Of a stretch of 64,000 nucleotides of DNA, positions 23,064 through 32,498 are shown piece by piece; the stretch's first letter is position 1; each line of letters begins with the position of its first letter. Source of the stretch: Escherichia phage vB_EcoM_G4498. The position numbers were made by a program, and so were the translations under genes. Under the pieces are notes generated by a model that saw only the letters and a program-made list of their open reading frames with translations, ran no database searches and had not been told where the DNA came from. The DNA lies in the sequence record NC_054918.1; one strand, given 5' to 3'.

Positions 23064-24028
23064 TGTATTCTTTAGAGGAATTTAATAATCAAGCAATAAA
23101 CGCAGATTTCCAACGTAATAATATGTTCAGCTGTGTTTTTGCTACAACTCCATCAACTAAAAGCTCTTCGTTGATAAGTTCAATTAGCAACTTTTCTTAT
23201 AATAACTTGGGCCTAAATTCAGATTGGTTAGGATTAACTCAAGGCGATATTAATCAGGGAATTACTACGCTAATTACAGCTGGCACACAAAAACTGATAA
23301 GAAAATCAGGGGTTAGTAAATATCTTATTGGTGCCATGAGTCAACGTACAGTTCAAAGTTTATTAGGCTCATTTACAGTTGGTACATATTTAATTGACTT
23401 CTTTAACATGGCATATAACTCATCTGGATTGATGATATACTCTGTAAAAATGCCAGAGAATAGATTATCCTATGAAACTGACTGGAACTATAATTCTCCT
23501 AATATTCGTATAACTGGGAGAGAATTAGACCCTTTGGTTATTTCATTCAGAATGGATTCAGAAGCTTGTAACTATCGTGCAATGCAAGACTGGGTTAACG
23601 CTGTTCAAGACCCAGTAACTGGATTGCGTGCTTTGCCGCAAGATGTCGAGGCTGATATTCAGGTTAATCTTCATTCTCGCAATGGATTACCACATACTGC
23701 GGTGATGTTCACTGGATGCATTCCAGTGTCCGTAAGCGCTCCTGAGTTATCATATGATGGAGATAACCAAATAACTACATTTGATGTTACTTTTGCGTAT
23801 AGAGTCATGCAGGCTGGAGCAGTTGATAGACAAGCTGCGCTTGAATGGCTTGAATCTGCTGCTATAAATGGTATTCAAAGCGTTCTCGGAAATAGTGGAG
23901 GTGTCACTGGACTATCTAATTCGCTTTCACGACTTAGTAGATTAGGGGGAACTGCAGGAAGCATTTCAAATATTAACACTATGACAGGAATTGTCAATTC
24001 GCAAAGTAAAATATTAGGAGCAATATAA
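23063..24028 (+). CDS. 54: baseplate tail tube initiator
   Basis: 321 aa, tube-protein-like, position after 48. Confidence 0.9.
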   Translation: MYSLEEFNNQAINADFQRNNMFSCVFATTPSTKSSSLISSISNFSYNNLGLNSDWLGLTQGDINQGITTLITAGTQKLIRKSGVSKYLIGAMSQRTVQSLLGSFTVGTYLIDFFNMAYNSSGLMIYSVKMPENRLSYETDWNYNSPNIRITGRELDPLVISFRMDSEACNYRAMQDWVNAVQDPVTGLRALPQDVEADIQVNLHSRNGLPHTAVMFTGCIPVSVSAPELSYDGDNQITTFDVTFAYRVMQAGAVDRQAALEWLESAAINGIQSVLGNSGGVTGLSNSLSRLSRLGGTAGSISNINTMTGIVNSQSKILGAI

Positions 24029-24032
24029 CAAT

Positions 24033-24050
24033 GGGGACCTTTCGGTCCCC
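24033..24050. terminator. hairpin between convergent gene 54 and the 96-aa ORF
   Basis: GGGGACCTTTCGGTCCCC perfect stem. Confidence 0.5.
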
Positions 24051-24056
24051 ATATTT

Positions 24057-24347
24057 TTATTTACGGAATGAAATGAAAGCAGCAACTGAAGCAACTAAAC
24101 TGTCTTCAATATAAACTTCAATTTTTACCGGAGCTTCTGACTCAAATTTACCTGTTACTACACCCTGAAAAATACTTTCAGTCTGTTCTGGCTTTGAAAA
24201 ATTTTCAGAAGGAAAAATTCCGAACTTTTTATCTGTTCCAAAAATTTTGATAAATTCATCGTAAACTGCTTCATTAAAAGCATTATCAGCAGGAATAACG
24301 CCTTCAACTACAAGTTCTTGACCTAAAAAGCGCAAAGAAGATTTCAT
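24057..24347 (-). CDS. hypothetical early protein
   Basis: 96 aa, ATG with GAGGAA 8 nt upstream; directly downstream of a strong early-type promoter. Confidence 0.65.
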   Translation of the reverse strand: MKSSLRFLGQELVVEGVIPADNAFNEAVYDEFIKIFGTDKKFGIFPSENFSKPEQTESIFQGVVTGKFESEAPVKIEVYIEDSLVASVAAFISFRK

Positions 24348-24355
24348 TTTGTGTT

Positions 24356-24408
24356 CCTCATGTTATGTCAGTAAGACTACTATAACACAACACGAGGGAC
24401 TTGTAAAC
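24356..24408 (-). promoter_or_regulatory. early promoter plus 5' leader cassette (GTTTAC -35, TATAGT -10, GAGGA SD), copy A
   Basis: Minus strand GTTTACAAGTCCCTCGTGTTGTGTTATAGTAGTCTTACTGACATAACATGAGG just upstream of the 96-aa ORF. Confidence 0.6.
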
Positions 24409-26465
24409 TACATCTTGAACTTTTTAGACATTCCGTTGATGTTAACCAAAGAAGCTAAGATTTGAGAAACTTCGTTTTCCTCTTCTTTTGATTCTTCTAC
24501 AAGGAATTGATTAAATCCAGCCATTGGACGAACTTCACCAGTTTCCATTAGATGGTCGCCATCATATACTGATTCTTCTAATTGTTCAGAAGGAGGAACG
24601 ATTGTACCTTCGATTAGATACTTGTTATAAGCAGTTTCTTTCATAAAGTAAGTACTTACTTTATTAATCTTCAGTAAAATTCCACGTGGTAGAATAACTT
24701 CAGCTTCTGACGGAAATCCTGATAAATGACCCGGAACGATAACTTTGATTCGCTCAGCTCCTTTAATTACCATACCCACGCTAGTTTCAGCATCTTCATT
24801 AGCATATGTAGAATGACTACCCATATGCATCAAATCTTCTGCATCAACGGAACCTTCTCCTTCACCAGAAAATACTGCGCCGGAATCATCTAGAGCCATA
24901 TAGTTTTTACCATGCTCACCGAAGATATTTGGTTTAAGCGATGTGGATACGAAGTTCTTGAAATAGAACATTTTATTTTCAATGTTATGACGCAAAGTTT
25001 TAAAGGTAACTTCTTGTCCACGGTAAAGTGTAGTTCCTGGAGGAAGAACTGAACCTTTAGCGAATGCAGAATCAAGCGTCTCAATATGTTTAATAGCTCG
25101 TTCCATATATTCTTCACGGGTAGAATCTGGTTTACCCAAAAGGAACGAGTTCATTTCAACATATGAATCTGCACAATAATCTTCAATTACATCAGATTCA
25201 GCTTGAGTTAATCCTTTTGGAGTTACTTCAGTGCTTGCGTATTCATATGCCTGAGCAGCAGATTCATTAATCAATTTATAAATGCCATTCATGACAAATT
25301 GAATAATAGCTGTCTTTTCATCTGGCGTAGCTTTAGAACCTTTAACCAAATCATTGATAATTTTCTTAATAACATCAAAGCTATTAGAAATATTAATATC
25401 AGCAAGATCGCTTAAAATTTTATCAGTCTTATAATCAAAGAATTCTTTATTCTTTAAATATTCTTGAGAACCTTGATATGTTATATCGCTCTGTAACTTG
25501 ATAGATGGATCACGTAAACGTGCATGGGCTAATGCAATATGATTTCGGAAGCTTTCGAGTTCATAATCACTAGATTTAAAACGAGAAGCGCTTCTCATAC
25601 CGCCTATAGCTCCTTTGCTGAAGTTTGAACCAATTTGAATAACGCCAGAGTTCATTGGTCCTTCTGCTTTATACACCGGAACTTTAGATTCAAACTCTTG
25701 ATATTTCTTAGCAGCGAAGCTATCACCCTGAAGTGAAGCATCAACAGTAGAATATTGAGCTTGTGCTGCTAATCGACGACTAATTTTAGTTTTCTGAATA
25801 ACAGCTTGGTCCGTGCGCTTATCATTTTCTAAAGCAATAGAAGCAGCAACAGCAACAGCTTTAGGAACAGCATTACCTGTTTTAACATCTACATAAACAT
25901 CACCAACCTTTGATTCAACTTTTGTGAATAACTCAGTTGAAATAGGAGGTACACCTGGAATGTCTTCTAAATTGGCATTTTTACGATAAACCATAATATA
26001 TGCGTACTTTTTATCATAATCCCAGATTTCCTTTAAAAGAACATATCGACCTGCTCCTTTAGTACGTACTAAACGGTCAGCAATAACTTGCATTTGACGA
26101 GCAGCGCCATTTGTTTTACTCTTTAGTACGCGGAATAAGCATGCATCAATTTTATACTGTTTCATTGTTTGAAGAGCAGTATCAAAAACAGCGTTAATGA
26201 CGCCAATTGGATTTCCACCCAAGTTTCTAAGTTTAACCAGTGATAATTTCTCGTTGACACCTATCATTACGATATGCATCATTTTATCGCCCGGCTTAAC
26301 GTTTTTATTTGTATCACCTCCAGAGGTGTATGTACAAAATCTAAATCCAGGAAGCACGCTTTCTTCGCCGGCTTGAATAGCAAAAATTTGAGGTATTTTA
26401 TGCTTAGGATTTAAGTTAACAACCGGCGCCGAAGCGCCGTCAAATAATTCTGTAATAAGTTCCAT
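24408..26465 (-). CDS. Alt-like ADP-ribosyltransferase paralogue (predicted capsid-packaged)
   Basis: 685 aa; N-terminus MELITELFDGAS; R-S-E ART signature (LYRGQ, YFKNFVSTSL, EVILPRG); ~75% identical to neighbouring Alt over first ~235 aa. Confidence 0.8.
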   Translation of the reverse strand: MELITELFDGASAPVVNLNPKHKIPQIFAIQAGEESVLPGFRFCTYTSGGDTNKNVKPGDKMMHIVMIGVNEKLSLVKLRNLGGNPIGVINAVFDTALQTMKQYKIDACLFRVLKSKTNGAARQMQVIADRLVRTKGAGRYVLLKEIWDYDKKYAYIMVYRKNANLEDIPGVPPISTELFTKVESKVGDVYVDVKTGNAVPKAVAVAASIALENDKRTDQAVIQKTKISRRLAAQAQYSTVDASLQGDSFAAKKYQEFESKVPVYKAEGPMNSGVIQIGSNFSKGAIGGMRSASRFKSSDYELESFRNHIALAHARLRDPSIKLQSDITYQGSQEYLKNKEFFDYKTDKILSDLADINISNSFDVIKKIINDLVKGSKATPDEKTAIIQFVMNGIYKLINESAAQAYEYASTEVTPKGLTQAESDVIEDYCADSYVEMNSFLLGKPDSTREEYMERAIKHIETLDSAFAKGSVLPPGTTLYRGQEVTFKTLRHNIENKMFYFKNFVSTSLKPNIFGEHGKNYMALDDSGAVFSGEGEGSVDAEDLMHMGSHSTYANEDAETSVGMVIKGAERIKVIVPGHLSGFPSEAEVILPRGILLKINKVSTYFMKETAYNKYLIEGTIVPPSEQLEESVYDGDHLMETGEVRPMAGFNQFLVEESKEEENEVSQILASLVNINGMSKKFKM

Positions 26466-26468
26466 GAT

Positions 26469-28517
26469 TTATCCTTGAACGAACTTGTAAGGCATGTTTG
26501 TAATATCTATGCAAGACGCAATAATTCCAAGAGATGATTCTACTTTCTGTTTAACATTTGATGAAACAAATGATGCAAAGTCAACTCTATCTTCTATATC
26601 ACCTGTCATTGTAACTACTTCGCCGGTTTCCATTAAACGGTCACCGTCATAAATTACTGATTCGGTGAGTTCTTCGGTGGTCATAACTTCAGCTTGAATA
26701 AGCTTGTTGTTAGTTTTGACTGTTCCATCATTGTAAGATGCATCAGTTATTTTATTAACTTTGACCATTAATCCACGTGGCAAAATGACTTCCATTTCAT
26801 TTGAAGGCGCTAAACTTCCACCGGGTAAAACAACATTGACTTTATCAGCCCCAGTAATAACCCATCCAATTCCGACTAAATTATCGCTAGAATTAACAAG
26901 CCCTTCATCATTTTTATCGATAGAAATGTTTAGACGCTTTTCATCTGGTAAAACACCAACAGCTGAATCAGTCATCCAAGTACCAAAAATGTTTGGATAT
27001 AATGATGTTGATACAAAATTTCTAAAATAAAAAACTCGATTTTTTACCATTGCTTCGTATATTGAAGGTAACATTCGTTGTGAACGATACAAAGTAATAC
27101 CTTTTGGTAATCGTTCACCATTTTTAAAGGCTGAATCTAAATTATCAATAGCTTTTTCTATGTCAGATGCTGTCAAAATACTTGTACGCTCATCTGGATT
27201 ATATAATCCCAAAAGAGCATTATTTATGTCTACATATCCTGAACCTACGTATTCACGAATTCCGCGTTTTTGTGCTGGTGTGTATTTAGATGAATCTTTA
27301 TTTTCGACTATAGGATGTAATGACCATCCAGCTGTAAGAGCATATCCACGTAATTCTCTTCGAATAATCTTTGTTTTTATTGCATTCCAAGAATTTTGTA
27401 CTAACTCATTTGCAGCATCTTGGTTTAAATGCGAATGTTTGTTAATATTTCTTTCAAACCAAGCACCTTTATATTTTTCTAAAGTATCATCGACGATAGA
27501 AGCAATAGTTTCTAAAGTTTTTATTGAAGTAATAGATTCTTTTCGTAATTTTTCTAAAGCTTTATTTTTTATTTCTGCATTAATAATGGATTCTTTATCT
27601 TCAGGAATTATAGAAGCTTCTCTGAATGCCATCCCAGCTGTAACACTGCTAAGAGCATTCTCTAGTGCAAATCCTGAAGTAGAAATTACCGTTAATTCAT
27701 TAGAATCAGAAATTAAAGGCGCATCAGCGGGTTTATTTAATTCTGCTGCTGAAGCCTCAAATTTTTGAAACATCGGTGTTTCAAATCTAGAAGATTCCAA
27801 TGACTGACTTTGTGCAATTGCTCTACGGGAAATTTTAACTTTAACGATTACAGCTTGGTCAGAACGTTTATCATTTTCTTGTGCAATAGATGCTGCAATT
27901 GCCTCATTTTTGGTTACTTGAGCTCCGGTATCTTTATTGATATAAACATCACCGACCTTCGATTCAACTTTAGTAAAGAGCTCGGTACTAATTTCCGGAA
28001 CTCCTGGAATGTCTTCTAGTGATACATTTTTGCGATGTATAAGAATATATGCATACTTTTTATCATAATCCCAGAGTTCCTTAAGAAGGACGTATCTGCC
28101 ACCTGAACGACTACGGATAAGTCTATCAGCAATAACTTGAATTTGTCGAGCTTGACCAGCGGTTTTAGACTTAAGAATACGAAGCATACAAGCATCAATT
28201 TTATACTGACGCATTGTTTGCATTGCAACAGTAAAAACTGAATTGATATAATTAATTGGGCTTGGACCAAGACCTTTTAATTTAGCAATTGAACCTTTAG
28301 CGGTTAATGTAAAAGGAACAATATGCATCATTTTATCGCCCATTTTTAAATCGCGATTAGTATCACCTCCAGATGTATAGGTACATAAACGAAAGCCTGG
28401 TTGTTCAATTGCATCATCAACATGAACTGAAAAAATTTGCGGTATTTTCTTCTTTGGATTTAAGTTTGTAATCGGAAGAGTAGTATCTTCGTCAAATAAT
28501 TCTGTAATAAGTTCCAT
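26469..28517 (-). CDS. alt: Alt ADP-ribosyltransferase (injected internal head protein)
   Basis: 682 aa from second ATG; MELITELFDEDTTLPITN...; ART motifs LYRSQ, YFRNFVSTSL, EVILPRG; next to ligase as in T4. Confidence 0.88.
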   Translation of the reverse strand: MELITELFDEDTTLPITNLNPKKKIPQIFSVHVDDAIEQPGFRLCTYTSGGDTNRDLKMGDKMMHIVPFTLTAKGSIAKLKGLGPSPINYINSVFTVAMQTMRQYKIDACMLRILKSKTAGQARQIQVIADRLIRSRSGGRYVLLKELWDYDKKYAYILIHRKNVSLEDIPGVPEISTELFTKVESKVGDVYINKDTGAQVTKNEAIAASIAQENDKRSDQAVIVKVKISRRAIAQSQSLESSRFETPMFQKFEASAAELNKPADAPLISDSNELTVISTSGFALENALSSVTAGMAFREASIIPEDKESIINAEIKNKALEKLRKESITSIKTLETIASIVDDTLEKYKGAWFERNINKHSHLNQDAANELVQNSWNAIKTKIIRRELRGYALTAGWSLHPIVENKDSSKYTPAQKRGIREYVGSGYVDINNALLGLYNPDERTSILTASDIEKAIDNLDSAFKNGERLPKGITLYRSQRMLPSIYEAMVKNRVFYFRNFVSTSLYPNIFGTWMTDSAVGVLPDEKRLNISIDKNDEGLVNSSDNLVGIGWVITGADKVNVVLPGGSLAPSNEMEVILPRGLMVKVNKITDASYNDGTVKTNNKLIQAEVMTTEELTESVIYDGDRLMETGEVVTMTGDIEDRVDFASFVSSNVKQKVESSLGIIASCIDITNMPYKFVQG

Positions 28518-28540
28518 CATAGCCTCTCTAGTGTTTATTC

Positions 28541-28548
28541 TATTTATA
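28541..28548 (-). promoter_or_regulatory. late promoter TATAAATA (minus strand) upstream of alt
   Basis: Plus strand tatttata = minus TATAAATA ~25 nt upstream of alt ATG; fits late synthesis of a packaged protein. Confidence 0.5.
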
Positions 28549-28569
28549 AAATTAAAGGCCCGAAGGCCT

Positions 28570-28758
28570 TTAGTAATCTAGTGGTAAGAGAGTACGATAT
28601 ATTTCAAACTTTGGTCCTTTTTCATAGGCATCAAATGTTTCTGTAAATTTATTATAAGCGTATGCATCTACAAATTCGAGAATGACTTGTGATACAGAAG
28701 TAGAAACATCTCCACCTTCTTTTTGAGCAATGACAATTGTTTCTAAGTAAGCTTTCAT
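28570..28758 (-). CDS. hypothetical small protein, translationally coupled to DNA ligase
   Basis: 62 aa; its ATG overlaps the ligase stop (ATGA). Confidence 0.55.
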   Translation of the reverse strand: MKAYLETIVIAQKEGGDVSTSVSQVILEFVDAYAYNKFTETFDAYEKGPKFEIYRTLLPLDY

Positions 28759-30218
28759 AAACCAGTTACCTCATGAAAATCACCAAATACATCCTCGAAT
28801 GTATTAGCTTTAGTTTTATCTTCACGTAAACGAATCGCAATCGGAAGAAATAATTTAACGTAATCAGTGCGGCCATCAGATTTTAACCAACCGTTGCATT
28901 CGCACTCTAGAATTTTTCCAATATAATAATTTTGGTTTTCCATAATGCGAGTACGGTCAAGTTCATGCGATTTTACACCGGCTTTATCTTTTAAGCCTGA
29001 ACCAGCATTTACCTTAATTTTTCCACACTCTGATTCAAGAATAAATCCACCCGCTTTAGTAGGGTCTTTACGGTGAGGATAAATTCCTACAATTTTTAAA
29101 TCAACATCAATTACTTCTTTAAATTTATAGAGATTTTTTGAACGAGCATTTTCCCACAATCCATCGGTATTTTTGAGAATAATACCTTCAAGACCTTGGT
29201 CAATATACTTTTTATAAATTACCTTAGCTTCATCTAGGTTATTTACTACCTGGTTTTCAATTAAAATTACTTTATCATAACCTGATGTCATTTGTTCTAG
29301 TTTAGAAAAACGTACATCATATTTCAAACGAAATGCAGGAAGACCGTATATTTCTACCAACGGGACATAATCCCAGACCTGAAACTTCATGCATTGAGCT
29401 TCTTTTTCAGAAATGGTTCCCTTTAAAGATTTATTGGCGATGCCATTAGATGCAGTACGTGATTCAGCTACTTCGGCGAATTCTTTAGCTTTACTAATTT
29501 CAGGATAAGCATCAAAAAGAAAATCTAGGCCTTCTGGCTCCTTTTCAACTTGCTCATGGTATACCAATTCGCCATCAATTAACACACCTTCTGGATGAAT
29601 CTGGCGAGCTTCTGCAGTCATTTTGATTAACTCTTCCTTAAGAAGATCTAATCCTAGATATTCATTACCAGCTCGTGATAAAAGACGAACATCATCTAAT
29701 TCATCACCTCTGACTTCAGCAAAACACCGAGCTCCATCAGCTTTTAACTGGGCAAAGGCTGGAAATTTGATATTCTTATTAATGCCTTTTTCATCATAAG
29801 AACTTGCAAGCATTTGAGGTTGTTCAGGAATTAAACCTGGCCAAACTTTGTTTGCAATAGATACTGAAGCACCGCATTCAAGGTCTCGCATCATCACCCG
29901 ACGCAAAACTTCAACATCATCTTTTTTACCGTCAGTAATATATCCAGTTAATTCCTCAATTGCCGCATTTCCAGTCAATTTCCGAGTAGCTAACGTGAAT
30001 TCAATGAAGTCAAGCATATCGGTAAGAGTCAACATTCCAAAACTCTGGGTAGCAATACCTGGTTTAGGCCATTTCTTGATATAATACTGTAACCCACGAG
30101 AATAAGTCAGACGATATACTCGTTTAAGCAATTCATTATCTTTATTCTTTTCAAGAATTGCTTGCTTCTGCTTAGTTGAACCAATAGATGCTATTTCGTT
30201 CAGAATTTTAAGAATCAT
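28755..30218 (-). CDS. 30: ATP-dependent DNA ligase
   Basis: 487 aa, same length as T4 ligase; adenylation lysine context (KADGARC). Confidence 0.95.
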   Translation of the reverse strand: MILKILNEIASIGSTKQKQAILEKNKDNELLKRVYRLTYSRGLQYYIKKWPKPGIATQSFGMLTLTDMLDFIEFTLATRKLTGNAAIEELTGYITDGKKDDVEVLRRVMMRDLECGASVSIANKVWPGLIPEQPQMLASSYDEKGINKNIKFPAFAQLKADGARCFAEVRGDELDDVRLLSRAGNEYLGLDLLKEELIKMTAEARQIHPEGVLIDGELVYHEQVEKEPEGLDFLFDAYPEISKAKEFAEVAESRTASNGIANKSLKGTISEKEAQCMKFQVWDYVPLVEIYGLPAFRLKYDVRFSKLEQMTSGYDKVILIENQVVNNLDEAKVIYKKYIDQGLEGIILKNTDGLWENARSKNLYKFKEVIDVDLKIVGIYPHRKDPTKAGGFILESECGKIKVNAGSGLKDKAGVKSHELDRTRIMENQNYYIGKILECECNGWLKSDGRTDYVKLFLPIAIRLREDKTKANTFEDVFGDFHEVTGL

Positions 30219-30484
30219 TGTTCATCCTTTAGAGTTTGGTTTACAGCTCTATTATAAATCAATTCATCATTAAGCTCAGTCAAAGACCTGTGGTACGTGG
30301 TTCTAACTTTATTTCCTTGCATCCAGTGCTTGACGTAAATGAAACCTTGCTCTACACATTTTTTAAAAATTCGTTCGTCTTTTTGAGCTCGGAATTCTGG
30401 ATTGCATCTAAAAAATTGATTTACGTGACCGTAATCACGTGTAGTATTACCTTCATTTTCATAAATAGTATGAACAACAAACAT
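30215..30484 (-). CDS. hypothetical protein
   Basis: 89 aa, ATG with AAGGAG 7 nt upstream. Confidence 0.65.
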   Translation of the reverse strand: MFVVHTIYENEGNTTRDYGHVNQFFRCNPEFRAQKDERIFKKCVEQGFIYVKHWMQGNKVRTTYHRSLTELNDELIYNRAVNQTLKDEQ

Positions 30485-31323
30485 TAGAATGCTCCTTGGA
30501 AAATATTATCACCACTAGTAGGTCTATTATACAAATACTCTATGCCACCAGGTTTAATATAGTTCCATGTCTGAAACGGATGTGTCTGATATGGATGATA
30601 TAGATGATTATAAGGATTAAATCCAGGAGTTCTCCAGGTAGTGTTCCAAGGAAAAGAATCGTTTTTGATCATCTTCTCAATTACATCTTTTATAGCTTTT
30701 TCACTATCAAAACTTTCTTTATTTTCCTTTGGTGAAAAAAGCTTATTTTCTACATCATTCCATGTATAAACTCGCTGTGCAGTTTTTGGAATATTGTCAC
30801 GCTCTCCTCGAGCCATCCAATAAACAGGAACATTTAATATTTCACTCGCGTGATCGCAGTGGTGAGCGAGATCGTCAATATAACAAATTACGTTATATTT
30901 CTCTTTTGCCTTTTTGAACAACTCTTCTTTTGAAGAATCATGACCACACATCAATACTTCTGAGAAGGCACCAGGAAAAAGAGCATTCAAATTAAATTGA
31001 CGATTCAGCAGAGCGTCAATAGAATCACCCAATGCTGTAACAGCTACAAAATTATAATCTTCTTTTAATTTGTTAATTACACACAGGGCATCTTTATATG
31101 GAGACAAGTAACGAATAAAATCTGAACGATTGTATTTTTCAATTAACTTGACGCCAAGTTCTTCATCACAATTAAAGAGTTTACCAGGAGAAATAAATTT
31201 CTCATCTTGGATCATTTTTAAAATATGTTCTAACGGAAGATTATATTTCTGAGCAAAATAAGGAAGGCCTGATTGCCAGCTTAAACATACTCCATCAATA
31301 TCAGTTAAAATAGTAGGCTTCAT
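30484..31323 (-). CDS. HAD-superfamily hydrolase-like protein (predicted phosphatase)
   Basis: 279 aa; N-terminal LTDIDGV (HAD motif I DxDG), later AVTALG and CYIDDLA matching HAD motifs II/IV. Confidence 0.7.
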   Translation of the reverse strand: MKPTILTDIDGVCLSWQSGLPYFAQKYNLPLEHILKMIQDEKFISPGKLFNCDEELGVKLIEKYNRSDFIRYLSPYKDALCVINKLKEDYNFVAVTALGDSIDALLNRQFNLNALFPGAFSEVLMCGHDSSKEELFKKAKEKYNVICYIDDLAHHCDHASEILNVPVYWMARGERDNIPKTAQRVYTWNDVENKLFSPKENKESFDSEKAIKDVIEKMIKNDSFPWNTTWRTPGFNPYNHLYHPYQTHPFQTWNYIKPGGIEYLYNRPTSGDNIFQGAF

Positions 31324-31778
31324 AGAGAGTCTCTTAATAGGTTTAACACATCAATAAATTCAGCTTCGGTTAATATTGTATCATCTTTTGTTAGACCACT
31401 AGCCATGCTGTGCTTCAAAACTTTTCCTTTCGAGGCGTGTAATGCATCACGAAAGCCCTTGTTTTGGATCGCTGCTTCAAAATATGCATTTGTGTATAAT
31501 TCTTTCCATGCTGGGGAGTATCTTGAAAACGGAACTCCAAGCCAGAAGAGGGTCCCACGGTCCTGAGCTCTAGCATAAGACCTTCCAGCTTGTTGGGCGG
31601 CAAGCCCGGATAACCCAAATATACGACGTTGTTGTTCAGCATTTTTCACCTTGCATCCTTGGAGGAATCCTTCAAGACCTCCGAATTGAATACCATCCAT
31701 GACGAAAGGCCATTGGGCGAAATTACTTAATGCACACGATGGCCATCTAAAATTGCTTCTAATCTCTAACTCAGACAT
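31320..31778 (-). CDS. NADAR (YbiA/DUF1768)-family protein
   Basis: Track ORF starts TTG at 31784; ATG at 31778. SNFAQWPFVMDGIQF...EGFLQGCKVK aligns by eye with E. coli YbiA SNFAAWPIKVDGKTW...EHYFQAQKF. Confidence 0.65.
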   Translation of the reverse strand: MSELEIRSNFRWPSCALSNFAQWPFVMDGIQFGGLEGFLQGCKVKNAEQQRRIFGLSGLAAQQAGRSYARAQDRGTLFWLGVPFSRYSPAWKELYTNAYFEAAIQNKGFRDALHASKGKVLKHSMASGLTKDDTILTEAEFIDVLNLLRDSL

Positions 31779-31977
31779 TTTCAATACTTATAATTTCAAC
31801 ATCAGCCCAATGACCATAGCAAGGAAGACGAAATTCAACTGGCCAGTTAGGGTCCTTTTCTAATATAATAGACTTAACTTGTGGTTCTTCATGTTCATCA
31901 GTATATGGATTTTTATCTGTTACTTTATATGTGACCTTAATGTACTGAATTCCAAAAATCTTATTAATTATATTCAT
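31771..31977 (-). CDS. hypothetical protein
   Basis: 68 aa, ATG start, overlaps neighbours by a few nt. Confidence 0.55.
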   Translation of the reverse strand: MNIINKIFGIQYIKVTYKVTDKNPYTDEHEEPQVKSIILEKDPNWPVEFRLPCYGHWADVEIISIENV

Positions 31978-32171
31978 ACTAATTCCTTTAATCCGTAGAT
32001 AGGAGATAATTCATCGCCCATACGAAGGTCTTCATTTCCATCTACCCAAGAAACAATATAAGCCTCTTTTATTTGAATACCACTCCATTTAAACGGAGGT
32101 AGAACTTTAGAAATTAATCCAGGTATACCAACTCCCTTTAATTCAACAGTTTGACCTAAAAAGAATTTCAT
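31974..32171 (-). CDS. hypothetical protein
   Basis: 65 aa, ATG start, stop/start overlap with neighbours. Confidence 0.55.
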   Translation of the reverse strand: MKFFLGQTVELKGVGIPGLISKVLPPFKWSGIQIKEAYIVSWVDGNEDLRMGDELSPIYGLKELV

Positions 32172-32458
32172 TAAAACCTCATCTGAAAACCGTGCGATTT
32201 AACATTACCGCCATTAATATCAGAACTATTAATTTCACGTGCAATTGAGGGATCAATGTCAATTTCGCGATTGAGTTTAGTGATAGCTAAAGTATCGCGC
32301 CCATTTACAGTACGGAACTCTAAAGGGCAGACTACATTAACGTAGTTTTTAATCGATTCACTGGTAGGTTGCAAATGTGCAGGAAGGTCTTTAGGCGCCT
32401 TTGAGAAAACTACTTCGCAGAAGTTTTTACGGGTATCAAAATAAGTAGTCATAAACAT
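32171..32458 (-). CDS. hypothetical protein
   Basis: Track ORF starts TTG at 32509 and includes a hairpin; first ATG at 32458 with GAGGAAAAT upstream gives ~95 aa. Confidence 0.55.
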   Translation of the reverse strand: MFMTTYFDTRKNFCEVVFSKAPKDLPAHLQPTSESIKNYVNVVCPLEFRTVNGRDTLAITKLNREIDIDPSIAREINSSDINGGNVKSHGFQMRF

Positions 32459-32498
32459 AACATTTTCCTCAGTAAGGGGCCAAAGCCCCTCATTTATT

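Noticed and set aside
27160-27768. 202-aa plus-strand ORF antisense to alt
   Set aside because: Antisense to a conserved ART gene; no promoter or RBS; AT-rich genomes generate long antisense frames
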